A DNA stretch of 64,000 nt from Felis catus. Lineage: Eukaryota. Positions within the stretch are counted from its first letter, which is position 1. Each line of letters starts with the position of its first letter. The DNA lies in assembly GCF_018350175.1 (NCBI RefSeq), contig NC_058368.1, forward strand, positions 172,920,001 to 172,984,000, read 5' to 3'. The translations under genes and the position numbers were made by a program. Of the stretch, positions 12,073-23,597 are shown in pieces. A model generated the notes under the pieces. That model saw only the letters and a list, made by a program, of their open reading frames with translations, ran no database searches and was not told where the DNA came from.

Positions 12073-14340
12073 TACCTCATGTCCTATACAAAAATTGATT
12101 CAAACTAGACCACAGACCTAAATATGAAACCTAAAACTATAAAATTTTCATTAGAAAATAAAGAAAAGTTTTGTGACACTGGATTATGCAAGATTTATTC
12201 AATATGACACCAAAGCAAAATCTCTAAAAAGAACAAACTAATAAACTGAATTTCATGAAAATTAAAAACTGCTCTTCAAAAGACACCATTAAGGAAATGA
12301 AAGACCAACCCACAGATTGGTAGAATAATTTTAGAAGTATGTATCAGATAAAGAACTTGTGCCCAGAATATATACAACGGGCTCTTAAAACTCAAAAGTA
12401 AGAAAATAAACAAATTAAAAAAAAAAAAAAAGATCTGAATGGACACTTCACCAAGAAGTCAAAAAGCACATTAGGATGCACAGGGGCACATGGGTGGTTC
12501 AGTTGGTTGAGCGTCTCATGTCAGCTCACGTCATTATCTTATGGTTTCTGAGTTTGAGCCATGCTGTCAGTGCACAGCCCACTTTGGATCCTCTCTAACC
12601 ATTCTCTCTGCCCCATCCCTGCTTGTACTCTCTCTCAAAAATGAACATTAAAAAAATTATTAAAAAAAAATATATATAAACAAAAACAAAAAAGATACAC
12701 AATACCATTCATCATTAAGAAATGCACATTAAGGGGCACCTTGGTGGCTCAGTCGGTTGAGCGTTCGACTTTAGCTCAGGTCATAATCTCACAGCTCATG
12801 GGTTCGAGCCCCACGTTGGGCTCTGTGCTGACAGCTCGGAGCCTGTAGCCTGCTTCAGATTCTCTGTCTCCCTCTCTCTCTGCCCTTAACCCACTTGCAT
12901 TCTGTCTCTGGCTCTCTCAAAAATAAACAAACATTAAAGAAAAGAAAGAAAAGAAAGAAAGAAATACACATTAAAATAACAATGAGAAGGCACCTGGGTG
13001 GCTCAGTGGATTAAGAATATGACTCTTAATTTCGGCTGAGGTTATGACCTCACGATTCATAGGATCAAGCCCTGCATCAGGCTCTGTGCTAACAGGGTGG
13101 AACCTGCTTGGCATTCTCTCTCCCTCCCTCTGCCCCTCCTTGAGCACGTGTGCACACGCTTGCTCTTTCTCTCTCAAAATAAATATTTAAAAATAAAATC
13201 ACAATGAGATACCATGATACATCTGTCAGAAGGGCTAAATTTAAAAAGACTGACAATACCAAGTGTTGATGAAGATGTGAAAGAACTGAAACTCTCATGC
13301 ATTACTGATGAAAATTTAAAATGGTACAAACACTTTGGAATACAGTTTGAATGTTTCTTAAAAAATTAAACAATACCTACCATGCCATTCCACCCTTATG
13401 TATTTACACAAGTAAAAAGAAAATGTGTCCATCCAAAGACTTGAATGTTCACAGCAGCTTTATTAGTAATACCCCAACCTGAGAACAACCCAAATGTATA
13501 TCAATAGATGAATGAATAAACCACCTGTGATATATCCATACAATGGCATACTACCCAGCAATAAAAAGGAATGAACCTGCAACAATGTTGTTGAATCTCA
13601 AATTAAGGGGCGCCTGGGTGGCGCAGTCGGTTAAGCGTCCGACTTCAGCCAGGTCACGATCTCGCGGTCCGTGAGTTCGAGCCCCGCGTCAGGCTCTGGG
13701 CTGATGGCTCAGAGACTGGAGCCTGTTTCAGATTCTGTGTCTCCCTCTCTCTCTGCCCCTCCCCCGTTCATGCTCTGTCTCTCTCTGTCCCAAAAATAAA
13801 TAAACATTCAAAAAAAAAAAAAAAAAAAAAAGAATCTCAAATTAACTATGCTGAGGGATGGTTTCACAAGGTGTTATATACACATACAGACATATATATG
13901 TCAAAACATATCAAACTACACTTTGTGCAGTTTATTGTACATCAACTATACCTCAATAGACAGATAATGAACTACTGATACACACATTAACATAGATGAG
14001 CATCAAAAACGTTATATGGAGCCAGACACAAAAAAACTATATATGTTTTCTTCCACTTATATATATGAAACCCTTAAAAAGGATAAATTTAATTTGTAGT
14101 ACCAGAAAGCAGATCATTATTTGCCTGAAATAAGATCTGGGGGAGAGAGGAGCATAAGGATTAACTGTAATAAGTACAAGAGAACCTTCTGAAGTGATGG
14201 AAATGTTCTAAATCTTCTCCATGGTTGTGGTTACACAGGTGTATATAAATTTTATCAAAACCTATCAAAACATACATGAAAATGAGTCCATTTTATAGTA
14301 GGTAAATTATACTTCAGTGAGGCTAACTTAAAAAAAAAAA
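12073..14340 (+). mobile_element. Old LINE-1 (ORF2 3' end and 3'UTR) fragments with nested Can-SINEs at about 12483, 12733, 12989 and 13607
   Basis: L1-like motifs such as AAAATTAAAAACTGCTCTTCAAAAGACACCATTAAG, ACAATGAGATACCA and CAATAAAAAGGAATGAAC, interrupted by SINEs with TSDs. Confidence 0.78.
13607..13831 (+). mobile_element. Young SINEC_Fc
   Basis: CpG-intact, long A tail, perfect TSD GAATCTCAAATTAA. Confidence 0.95.
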
Positions 14341-14397
14341 ATAGTTTTGCCTTAACTTGGTCAGAGAATATCACATTATAATAAAGATAAGACCAGT

Positions 14398-14610
14398 GGG
14401 GTGCCTGTGTGGCTCAGTTGGTTAAGCGTCCAACTTCGGCTCAGGTCATGATCTTGCGGTTCAGGAGTTTGAGCCCCGTGTTGGGCTCTGTGCTGACAGC
14501 TCAGAGCCTGGAGTCTTCTTCAGATTCTATCTCCCTCTCCCTCTGCCCCTCTCTTGCTCGTACACGCTCTCTCTCTTTCAAAAATAAAATAAAATATTAA
14601 GAAAAAGAAG
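14398..14610 (+). mobile_element. Can-SINE
   Basis: Typical head, CT tract and A-rich tail. Confidence 0.9.
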
Positions 14611-14883
14611 GTAAGACTAGCAAAACTGGATCATTTGCACAAAAGGCAAGAAGCTCTAAGATTAGGATAAGAGATATGCACAGACCAAAACATTTTTTTC
14701 TAAATTTCATTTACAGGGCTGGATGGCACTATTTTCCATAATGATCAAAAAGCCCACCATGCAGGGACAAAATGACCCACAGCTATCTTGTCTTCCAGCT
14801 TTTATTCACACGCTACTAAAAGTAGTGGCAGAAAGATGAGATAACTCAATGTGACAGAGACACTTATTTAAAGACACAAGTTT

Positions 14884-15350
14884 GGGGGTGCCTGGGTGGC
14901 GCAGTCGGTTAAGTGTCCGACTTCAGCCAGGTCACGATCTCGCGGTCCGTGAGTTCGAGCCCCGCGTCAGGCTCTGGGCTGATGGCTCAGAGCCTGGAGC
15001 CTGTTTCCGATTCTGTGACTCCCTCTCTCTCTGCCCCTTGCCCGTTCATGCTCTGTCTCTCTCTGTCCCAAAAATAAATAAACGTTGAAAAAAAAAATTT
15101 TTTTTAATAAAAAAAAAGACACAAGTTGGGGCGCCTCGGTGGCTTGGTTGGTTGGGCGTCCGACTTCGCCTCAGGTCATGATCTCACGGTCCGTGGGTTC
15201 GAGCCCCGCGTCGGGCTCTGTACTGACAGCTCTGAGCTTGGAGCCTGTTTCAGATTCTGTGTCTCCCTCTCTCTGTGACCCTCCCCCGTTCATGCTCTGT
15301 CTCTCTCTGTCTCAAAAATACATAAACGGTAAAAAAAAGAAAAAAAAAAT
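14884..15350 (+). mobile_element. Two tandem Can-SINEs (14884-15114 and 15128-15350)
   Basis: Two full SINEs separated and flanked by three copies of AAAGACACAAGTT. Confidence 0.94.
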
Positions 15351-16089
15351 AAAGACACAAGTTAATTCTGTCTCTTGTTCCCACATGGGCTACTCTAAAC
15401 CTACACTCTATCCTTCAAGCGAGAGACCACCTTTCCCCATCATTCTCACCAACGTAAGAAAAAAACTTCAGCTTCCTTCTTCTGCCTCACAACTTCAAGG
15501 AACATTCCTATTTTATCTTTTTGCCTCTTCAAAATTATTGTCTCCTGTCTCTATAACTGTACTCCTCCAATGATTCCCTCTTCTGTTATCAGAATTTATT
15601 TCTCTATGTGGTTTTTAACCTTTATCCTACCAACACTCAAGATGTTCTTCCTCTTGACCCTATAATATCCTCCCTTCAACTACTGCCCTCTTTTCCATGG
15701 TATCAGGCTTCTATAAGAAATAGTGTATACTGGTATCCAGGCACCCTTCAACCTGGTTTAGTATGGCACCCTCTGGCAAAAAGTCAAGCCTTTCCTCACT
15801 GCCAAATACAACTGTCTCTTTTCACACCAGGACCTCCTTGGTTTCTCTGCCACATCTGCCACTGCTTATGAGACCCCACTGCCCCCGGCTTCACAGCCAT
15901 TCTTTGACTAGCTCCTCCTCACATTCTAGTTGTTCTTCTATGTGCGCATGCCCTAAGTACTGTTGTCCGCCTGCTTCTCACTCTACACATGCTTTCACTC
16001 AGGGCAGGATCATGCACACTTACGATTTTAATGACTTAGGAGTGTAACAGCTGTCATCCCCCATTTTTTTATTACTTAAATGCTGTAAC

Positions 16090-16260
16090 ATTCAGTCCGA
16101 CTTCACCTCATGTCACGAGTTCGAGCCCCACAACAGGCTCTATGTTGACAGCTCGGAGGTGGGAGCCTGCCTCGAATTCTGTGTCTCCTTCCCTTTCTCT
16201 CTCTGCCCTCCCCCACTCACTCTCTCTCTCTCTAAAAAATGAATAAACATTAAAAAAAAA
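16090..16260 (+). mobile_element. 5'-damaged Can-SINE
   Basis: GTCCGACTTCA...GAGTTCGAGCCCC body, CT tract, A tail. Confidence 0.8.
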
Positions 16261-16981
16261 TTTTGTTTAAATCTGTAACATTCACATATAATGCTGAAGA
16301 AAGAACAATCTCCTTAGCACAGCCTGTGAGGTACTTTACAGGCTGGTTCCATCTGACCATTCTTAGTTTCTGACCCAATTTGTATATTGTAACTCTTAAA
16401 ATAGGTCTTTCTCTTTTGGTAAACAGTTTTGTCGACATATGATATACACACAGAAAAGTACAGCATCCTAAGTGTATTGTTCACAAATAACCATAAAATA
16501 AACTCGCTTATGTAATCACCAGTCAGCTCAAGAAACAGAAAACACTGACAGTAATCCAGAAATCCTCCTTGTCACTACCAATGCCTCTTCCCTAAAATAC
16601 CTTAAACACACAAACCTATGCCTCCTATTCCCTAAACAGTCTATACTTTAATTATTGGACCTTCTATTCTTCCTCTCCCCAACCAATGACCATGTCTCTC
16701 TTAAAACCAAACTCAGTTTTTTTTCTCTGTGGCATTGGTTCATCTTTGTTTACCTATCACTTTAAATGTATCTCTACTACAATACTTTTGCACCGCATTA
16801 TACCATAAAGTCATTATTCACTTGGAATTCTACAGGCAAAGATTACAAAGCACCTATCCGTGTCTGCAGCAACTAGCCCAGTATCGCCACAAAAACAGTG
16901 TATCCAATAAATGTTGGGTTTTCCTGAAAAACTTAAAACTCAGACCATCTTTGGAAGAAGACCCTTCTGTATCTACTTCAC

Positions 16982-17105
16982 CTGTGCGACATTCATTGCA
17001 GATAAATTTTCCTCTCGGCATCTCAGTTAGTCCAAGGCACTCCAGGTGGAAAGCCCCACAGCACTGAGCCTCACATAACAGCAGCTCACCCAGTTTCTCA
17101 CAGTT
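16982..17105 (-). CDS. NSD1: NSD1 exon 12 (124 nt), PHD1
   Basis: Acceptor AACAG|AAC, donor CAG|GTGAAG. Encodes [41 protein letters not shown]. Confidence 0.96.
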
Positions 17106-17224
17106 CTGTTAAGAGAAAGAAAACAGGTATGTCTACAGAAAAAGGATTTTAAAGTCCCGAACAGAAGGCCTTCATGAAGGCAGAGGTTAACTAGCAGCTT
17201 TCTAGAAAGCAGAAAGCCCTCTCT

Positions 17225-17830
17225 TTATTCAGCCAATATTTAGTGATTAACTCCTCTATGCCAGGTACCACAAGGTCCCTTGGTTTTCATGGTTCACATA
17301 TTCTAAGAACAGAAAATACAAGTAAACAAACAAACAGGAAAGATAATGATAAGATTAAGTAGAGAATTCAAATAGCTATTTTGGATTGGGTGATTAGGAA
17401 CGGCCTCTCAGACAGGGTTCTGAGCTACTAGTCAGTCATTTAGTCAGACAGAAAGGCCAGGAAGACCAGTACAGAAAGTCCACAGACAGGAAAAACTATG
17501 TCATGTCTAAAAATCATAAGGAAAATCAGTGGACTAAAGTGGAACAAAAGTTAGAAGTGGTAGAAGATGAAGTAAGAAAAAGGCAACAGCCTGATTGTGT
17601 GGCCTTACACATTATGGTATAGTTTCAGATTTTATTCTCATTACAAAGGTATACCATCAAAGGTCTTTACCAAGGGAAGGCTAAAATCAAATATTCATTT
17701 AAAAACAATCTCTCTGATTACTACATGGAAAATGAGTTCAAGAATGAGATATGTGAGAACAGTAGCAAAGAGACAATCAAGGAAGCTACTCTAATAGTTC
17801 AAGCAAGAGATACTGACTAGCTAGAATTGG
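17225..17830 (-). mobile_element. L2 fragment (ancient)
   Basis: Reversed L2 3' end (TTATTCAGCCAATATTTAGTGATTAACTCCTCTATGCCAGG) followed by L2-like body. Confidence 0.55.
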
Positions 17831-19037
17831 ATTGTAACAGTCCCAAAAGGGCTCTACTCAAGGTTTGAATGACCTTTGAGATACATCTACAACCATCTCA
17901 GAGAGGCCACTTTTCTAAGATGATCTCATCTAAGATAGGGTGCCATTTTTGATAGAGCCTTAGGAAATAAAGATCTGGATGTTTGTTTCAAAACACCGTA
18001 AGATTTATGAAAATTCTGCAAATTCCCAACATTTGTTACTTTTATCCTTCTAACATCCTGACTTGTTTCCCCATACTGATTAGCAGAAAAATATAAAAAT
18101 GACAAAAAGTCTTATACTTACTGGGTGAGGAAAGGTGACTAGGCAAGTCTAATACATTTAAGAACCCAAGAAACAAAACTGGTCTTGGCCACTTAACATC
18201 GTAACTTAAATAAACAAATGAGTAGGAGAACTTTGGGGAAAAGGCCAGAGGCAGCCAGGGTTAAGAACAGACAGACCCCCAAGGTCTTAATCAACCTATA
18301 GTGTAAGTTAGTCTTAAACTTTGTCTCTTTCATTATCTCCTATTCACATAAAAATTGACAACTGCCATGTTTTATATACTCACAGTGCCAGTGATACCAG
18401 CTTTTATATACAATAAACAAATCTGCTTTCATCATTTAAACAGGAAAACTTCAATTACAATACATATCAAAGAATAATGTTTTAAAATTAACCAAATGTT
18501 ATGGACTAACCCTTTAATTGGGATGATTATGTAATTCATCTTTCAGATTAGGAACCATAATAAAAGGACACAATATTAATAAATTATACATGGACAATAG
18601 ATTTAAACAAAGAGTGCCCAAACAATCCAGGGCCATAAGGCCACTATAGCTTTAACCATTTTTTCTTGATAATCTTTGTGGGCATACACTCTCTGAGAAC
18701 TAACAGTGTGTTTGGGTGCTCATCCGAATATGATCAATCTTTATATAATAGCGAAAATGAACAAAGAAACAAAGTTGAAATTCTATTGTTCATCATAGAA
18801 TATCCTGGGCTTGGGTTATTTTTATTTTTTAGCCGTTTTAATTAGAAAAGAGGAAGAAAAACCAAGTATCTTCAATTTTTTATATGTCAGCTTTTAAGAA
18901 TTTACAAAGGTAAATCAAGCCCATAAAGAGACAGCATAATCAAAGCATCCATTTAATGGACTCTACTATCAAGTCTGATAAAGGCTCTTTAGAGAGAGGC
19001 AATACAACAGAGTGGTTAGGACTCTAAACCCAGATTG

Positions 19038-19213
19038 CCTGGGTTTTAATCCTGGCTTTGCCGTGTGACTATAAGCAAGCTATGTAACATCTTTATGCCT
19101 CAGTTTCCTCATCTATAAAACCGAGGGTAATAATGGTAATCTACTTTACAAGATTGTTAGGACTATATGATGTAATTTAAAGTGATGGAAACTCTTGACA
19201 TATAGTAGGTACT
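19038..19213 (+). mobile_element. MIR
   Basis: MIR core ATGCCTCAGTTTCCTCATCTATAAAA. Confidence 0.8.
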
Positions 19214-19239
19214 ACATATATACTTATTAAGACATGAAG

Positions 19240-19458
19240 GGGCGCCTGAGTGGCGCAGTCGGTTAAGCGTCCGACTTCAGCCAGGTCACGATCTCGCGGT
19301 CCGTGAGTTCGAGCCCCGCGTCAGGCTCTGGGCTGATGGCTCGGAGCCTGGAGCCTGTTTCCGACTCTGTGTCTCCCTCTCTCTCTGCCCCTCCCCCGTT
19401 CATGCTCTGTCTCTCTCTGTCCCAAAAATAAATAAACGTTGAAAAAAAAAAAAAAAAA
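19240..19458 (+). mobile_element. Very young SINEC_Fc
   Basis: CpG-intact, A-run tail, TSD AAGACATGAAG. Confidence 0.95.
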
Positions 19459-19527
19459 AAGACATGAAGAGGCCTTCTTTTAAAAGACAAGCAAGCAATC
19501 AAAATGCAAGTGGGAAACATCTTCTAC

Positions 19528-19671
19528 CTGACAGACATTCTCCTTGAGTGCAGCTCCTCCGCCTCGTTCGCCCTGCAGCTTTTTCGATGCTGGCATCCCA
19601 TGATCATTCTCTACACCCTCCTCAACAGTGTCCTTGGGGCTTGCAGCTGTTCTGTGTGTCATCAGTTCTCC
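19528..19671 (-). CDS. NSD1: NSD1 exon 11 (144 nt), leads into PHD1
   Basis: Acceptor TCTGCAAG|GGA, donor CAG|GTAGAA. Encodes GELMTHRTAASPKDTVEEGVENDHGMPASKKLQGERGGGAALKENVCQ. Confidence 0.95.
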
Positions 19672-19727
19672 CTTGCAGAGAAAAAATAATGTCCCATATC
19701 TGTATTATTCATGTCTCCTCCATTTGA

Positions 19728-19851
19728 CCCCCGCCCTCTGGGCTGCTATTTGTCTAGCCATTAAGCACTTACAGATGTTCAGCCAATCACGCGGGCGGAC
19801 TGCATGCAATGTTAGTTCTAACCCTGCTGTGATTGGGCGGGTAGTGGGCGC
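19728..19851. promoter_or_regulatory. Candidate intronic promoter/enhancer (CCAAT and GC boxes) in NSD1 intron 10
   Basis: GC boxes at 19728-19736, 19793-19798 and 19835-19841. AGCCAATCA at 19781-19789 and inverted TGATTGG at 19830-19836. Six CpGs in about 120 bp of otherwise AT-rich non-repeat intron. Confidence 0.5.
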
Positions 19852-20617
19852 CTCATGCCCTGCCACTAACTGCTCTGAGGCTGTTCCACTGGAACTTTTT
19901 GAGCTGTTCCATTTTAAGGTTTCACTAAGGGAGAGAAAACATTCTTAAGTTTATTTGATTACTTATTTGTCCTTCCAAGATCAGTGTTTCCTAAATAATG
20001 CCCACCTTGGGCATTCTATTCAAATTATTCTGGAAAGAAACACTCTGTATCATAATATGTAATGCTGACCTGAATTGTTCTATTTCTCTTTTAACTTGAG
20101 TTGAAAAGCCAGAGATAGCATCAATGACTGCACTGATGCTCTGCAAGGAAATGGTTTTAAATCTACCTTTGTTTCCTTAAAGCCAATGTTTATAAATATT
20201 ATTCTAAAATTAAGCAGATGCTGGTTTCAAGAAATAAGCAAATTGAGTTTCCTTCCCCTCTAAATGTAGCAGTCTCAACTATAAAAGGGCAGTATGAAAG
20301 TTCACTCAGATTATATGGTTACTTGGCATTGTGCTCTTTGGTTTTAGAAAAAGCTTACTTTGTGATGAAACAGTTACAAAATTTATCAGACACCTAGAGC
20401 ATAGGATGTTAAAGATCATACCCATAGTTGCCATATATTGTCTTGCCTGATTTTTACTAGCATCAGACTCTCTTTCTACTCCAGGATTCCTATTACAGCT
20501 TTTCATTAGCTATTTCAGTAGAACATTACTCTTAACTCAAGGGAAAGAGGGATGTGGCCTCTACTGTGAAAAGTAGATTTGCTTTGGAAGGTCAAAAGAT
20601 GAGGAACTGAGTAATAC

Positions 20618-20736
20618 CTCTGAGATTGGAGTTTCTTTTGATGAGTCGTCATTTTTCATTTTTTTACAATGCACCTTGGCTGTAGAATGCCTCTGTCGTT
20701 TTCGCTTCCTTGGTTTATCAAATATCTTCGTAGTGC
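20618..20736 (-). CDS. NSD1: NSD1 exon 10 (119 nt), basic NLS-like segment
   Basis: Acceptor CATAG|GCACT, donor GAG|GTATTA. Encodes (G)TTKIFDKPRKRKRQRHSTAKVHCKKMKNDDSSKETPISE. Confidence 0.94.
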
Positions 20737-22730
20737 CTATGACAGGAAAACAGGTGTTACCTCCTGGCTAATCACTTACATGTCCAAGAACCCCTATCCT
20801 CAACTAAAAGGACCTCATAGAATTATGGAATGTTAGAATAAAAAACCAATCTTAAAGCCCATTTAATTTCCCAACTTCGTAGATGAGGGGAAAAGGCACA
20901 GGGTGGGGAGATTTACCCACGACTACATAATTAGTTGGGAAAATAGCTACACACATATAAATTCTGCCTCATACAGATTAAATAGTAAATGTATAAGTAG
21001 GTTAAAACAATTTCATTTTACATGATTGAAATGAAAAACTTCTTAATTCCTCAAAGGACTTTAACATCCTGTAAATGGGGAGGAAATACATTTAGTAGTC
21101 AGGAAAAGATACTAAAATTCGACCTCCACAATTAAAGATAGTACATTATAGCACTATATGATTTAAGGATTAAGATGAAAAGCTGAAATGCATAATATCT
21201 GGCTTGAGGAAAGGGAGCTCTCCCTTAACACATTTAGTAACTTAAAGGATATTTAGCAATGGTACTATAACGTTGAACATCCAACAATTTAAAATATATG
21301 CATGCTCTAACATGGCCTATATACAAAATGAAATTCCAGTCCTTCCCTCATTATATTTTATACTTATTTCACCTCCTTGTTACAGAAATATCAGGAATTT
21401 AAAGTAATATTTCATAAAATGTTCCAGGATAATTAGGCTAGGTATCAACATGAAGGCTAGACTTTGGAAAACTGGCTTAGTATTCTCTTCTTGGGACTGC
21501 CTGATACAGATGGAGAAGCTCTGCTATCAAAGCTGCTGGCTGCCTATAACTAAAAGAATAATTAACAGAATAGCAGAATGAAGGTTCAAACTTCTCAGTA
21601 GCTAAAATATTCAGATGAAATTTACAAAAGATAAAGAATAAGTTTTGGGTTTTATAAAAACTGGAGTATAAAAGTGTAAGAGAAGAGCTGATATTACTTT
21701 GAAAGTTTTTTTCCTAAAGCAAGCAAATTGATGAAATTATATTTGCACACAAGATTAACATAAGTGAACATATTGCTAGATTTACTTACTAAAAAACTTA
21801 ATAATCATGGGTCACATTTAAAGATGTGCTCATTTAAGATCACATGCAATATAACCTTCCCATGATACCCTTTGCTGGCACATCTGATGCTATGTGCTCA
21901 AATCTGGCCTAACACTTCAGAAATAACAGTAATCAATAAATGAATGATCAAAGTGACACAAAGAATTGGCATGTAGAAAATTTGGGGTGTATAACAAGAT
22001 GGTAGTGTCGCAATGAATGTGGTCAGGTCTGGAATTAGTCCTCCCAACTCTGCCACCTCTTTCATCTTCACATTCTTCTATAAAATAGGGATAATATGGA
22101 TAATATCCTAATTCTCTATAATGCTTTCGATGGATTAGAGATTAACAGTCCTAAACAAAGGAACTGAGCAAAGGACATGGTAGAGCAAATGCACAAACTA
22201 TGATTACTGTATCTGTTACTCAATAAAGAGCTGCCCATTCCTCCAATTGGCAGGACCAAGATCACCATGTCTAAGTTTCAGGAGTCAGATTAAAAAACAA
22301 TTTAAAAGATTTCAAAGCCCTTAAGAAGCAACCACAATGGACCAGACTGAAATGTAAGCTCCCTTTTTCAAGCATATACTCACTCACCAAAGATCAAAGA
22401 TGTGGTAAAAGAAACTAAGACTATTTGTGAAAGACTGGCTTAGATGACTTGTAATTTCCCTCTCAACTCAGACTCCTTATTTTCTGTCCTACACAATAAA
22501 AATTGAATCAAAGCCAAGAAAGTTAATGATAGAGTTGGAGAACTATCTAATAAGAAAATTAAGTAGCTCATTTTCTCTATTGTTCCTACCAGTTACTTAC
22601 TCTAAGAGAATTCTAATTCCAGGATTCTACATTCTAAATCTGTAATTCTAATTTCAGCATGAAACTGAAGATGACCAATTTTCTAGTGTCATGCATTCTA
22701 TTGGGAAGCATATTTTGACAAACAGGTCTT

Positions 22731-22856
22731 TTTTTTTTCTTTTTTAAAGTTTGCTTATTTATTTTTAAGTAATCTCCAAACCCAACATGGGGCTCAAACT
22801 CACAACCTTGAGTTCAACAGTCACATGCTCTTCCAACTGAGCCAGCCAGGAGCCCC
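22731..22856 (-). mobile_element. Short older Can-SINE
   Basis: Reversed tRNA-like head and T tail, degenerate TSD CAAACARGTCTT. Confidence 0.8.
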
Positions 22857-23002
22857 TTGGGCAAACAAGTCTTAGAAGTTGCAACCTTGCTGGTCTTGCT
22901 TACATATGTAACAACTTTTCTAGTTAGCTGACAAGATGTTTCCTAGTTATTTCCACATTACATTTTTTAAATCTCAAACATTTAAATCTCAAAAATACGC
23001 AC

Positions 23003-23078
23003 CTCCACCAAACTCTTTAGAATGAGATGCAGCACGTGATTCATTAATGTCATTCTCCAAGTGGCCAGCTTCATAACA
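23003..23078 (-). CDS. NSD1: NSD1 exon 9 (76 nt)
   Basis: Acceptor TTGTAG|TGT, donor GAG|GTGCGT. Encodes CYEAGHLENDINESRAASHSKEFGG. Confidence 0.93.
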
Positions 23079-23571
23079 CTACAAATAAGTAAAATGCAAC
23101 AGGTTTACAAAGGAACAGAAAATAAACCCTTTGTATTATATGCCAAAAGTTGAACTGTCTACTGTCACAGATACAGAAATCCTAGCTATATTAAAATAAA
23201 AAAAAAAAAAACAGTATGACAATAATGGATTGAACAGAAACTACATGGGGAAAGACATGAGATAAAACACAACAACAAAAAACACAACTCCAAAAGACTC
23301 ATACAAACACATACTCCTTCAAAAACCAGGGATAAGAGGTGGGTGGGATTATGCAGTGACCCCCAATAGATCAAGCAGATACAGAATGGTGTTCTGATTG
23401 AAGTGGTAGACAAAGACAAAGGGCATGGTCCCAGAAACCGACCCACCATCTCTGTTCTATTTCATACCACCCTGTATTTAAAATCTATCTTCTTAAAACT
23501 AAATTTATGCCATTATTTTTACAAAGACTTATTTATTTGATGAATTCTAAATATTAAGGAGCTCTGGATCA

Positions 23572-23597
23572 GTGCTCACTTCAGAAGCACATATACT
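23572..23597 (+). pseudogene. 3'-truncated U6 snRNA retropseudogene (U6 nt 1-26)
   Basis: GTGCTCACTTCAGAAGCACATATACT matches U6 5' end GTGCTCGCTTCGGCAGCACATATACT at 23/26. Flanked by AGCTCTGGATCA / AGCTCTGAACCA. Confidence 0.8.

Noticed and set aside
14409..15573. Recurring ORFs of the type GAWVAQSVKRPTSAQVMISR
   Set aside because: Translations of Can-SINE sequence, not genes.
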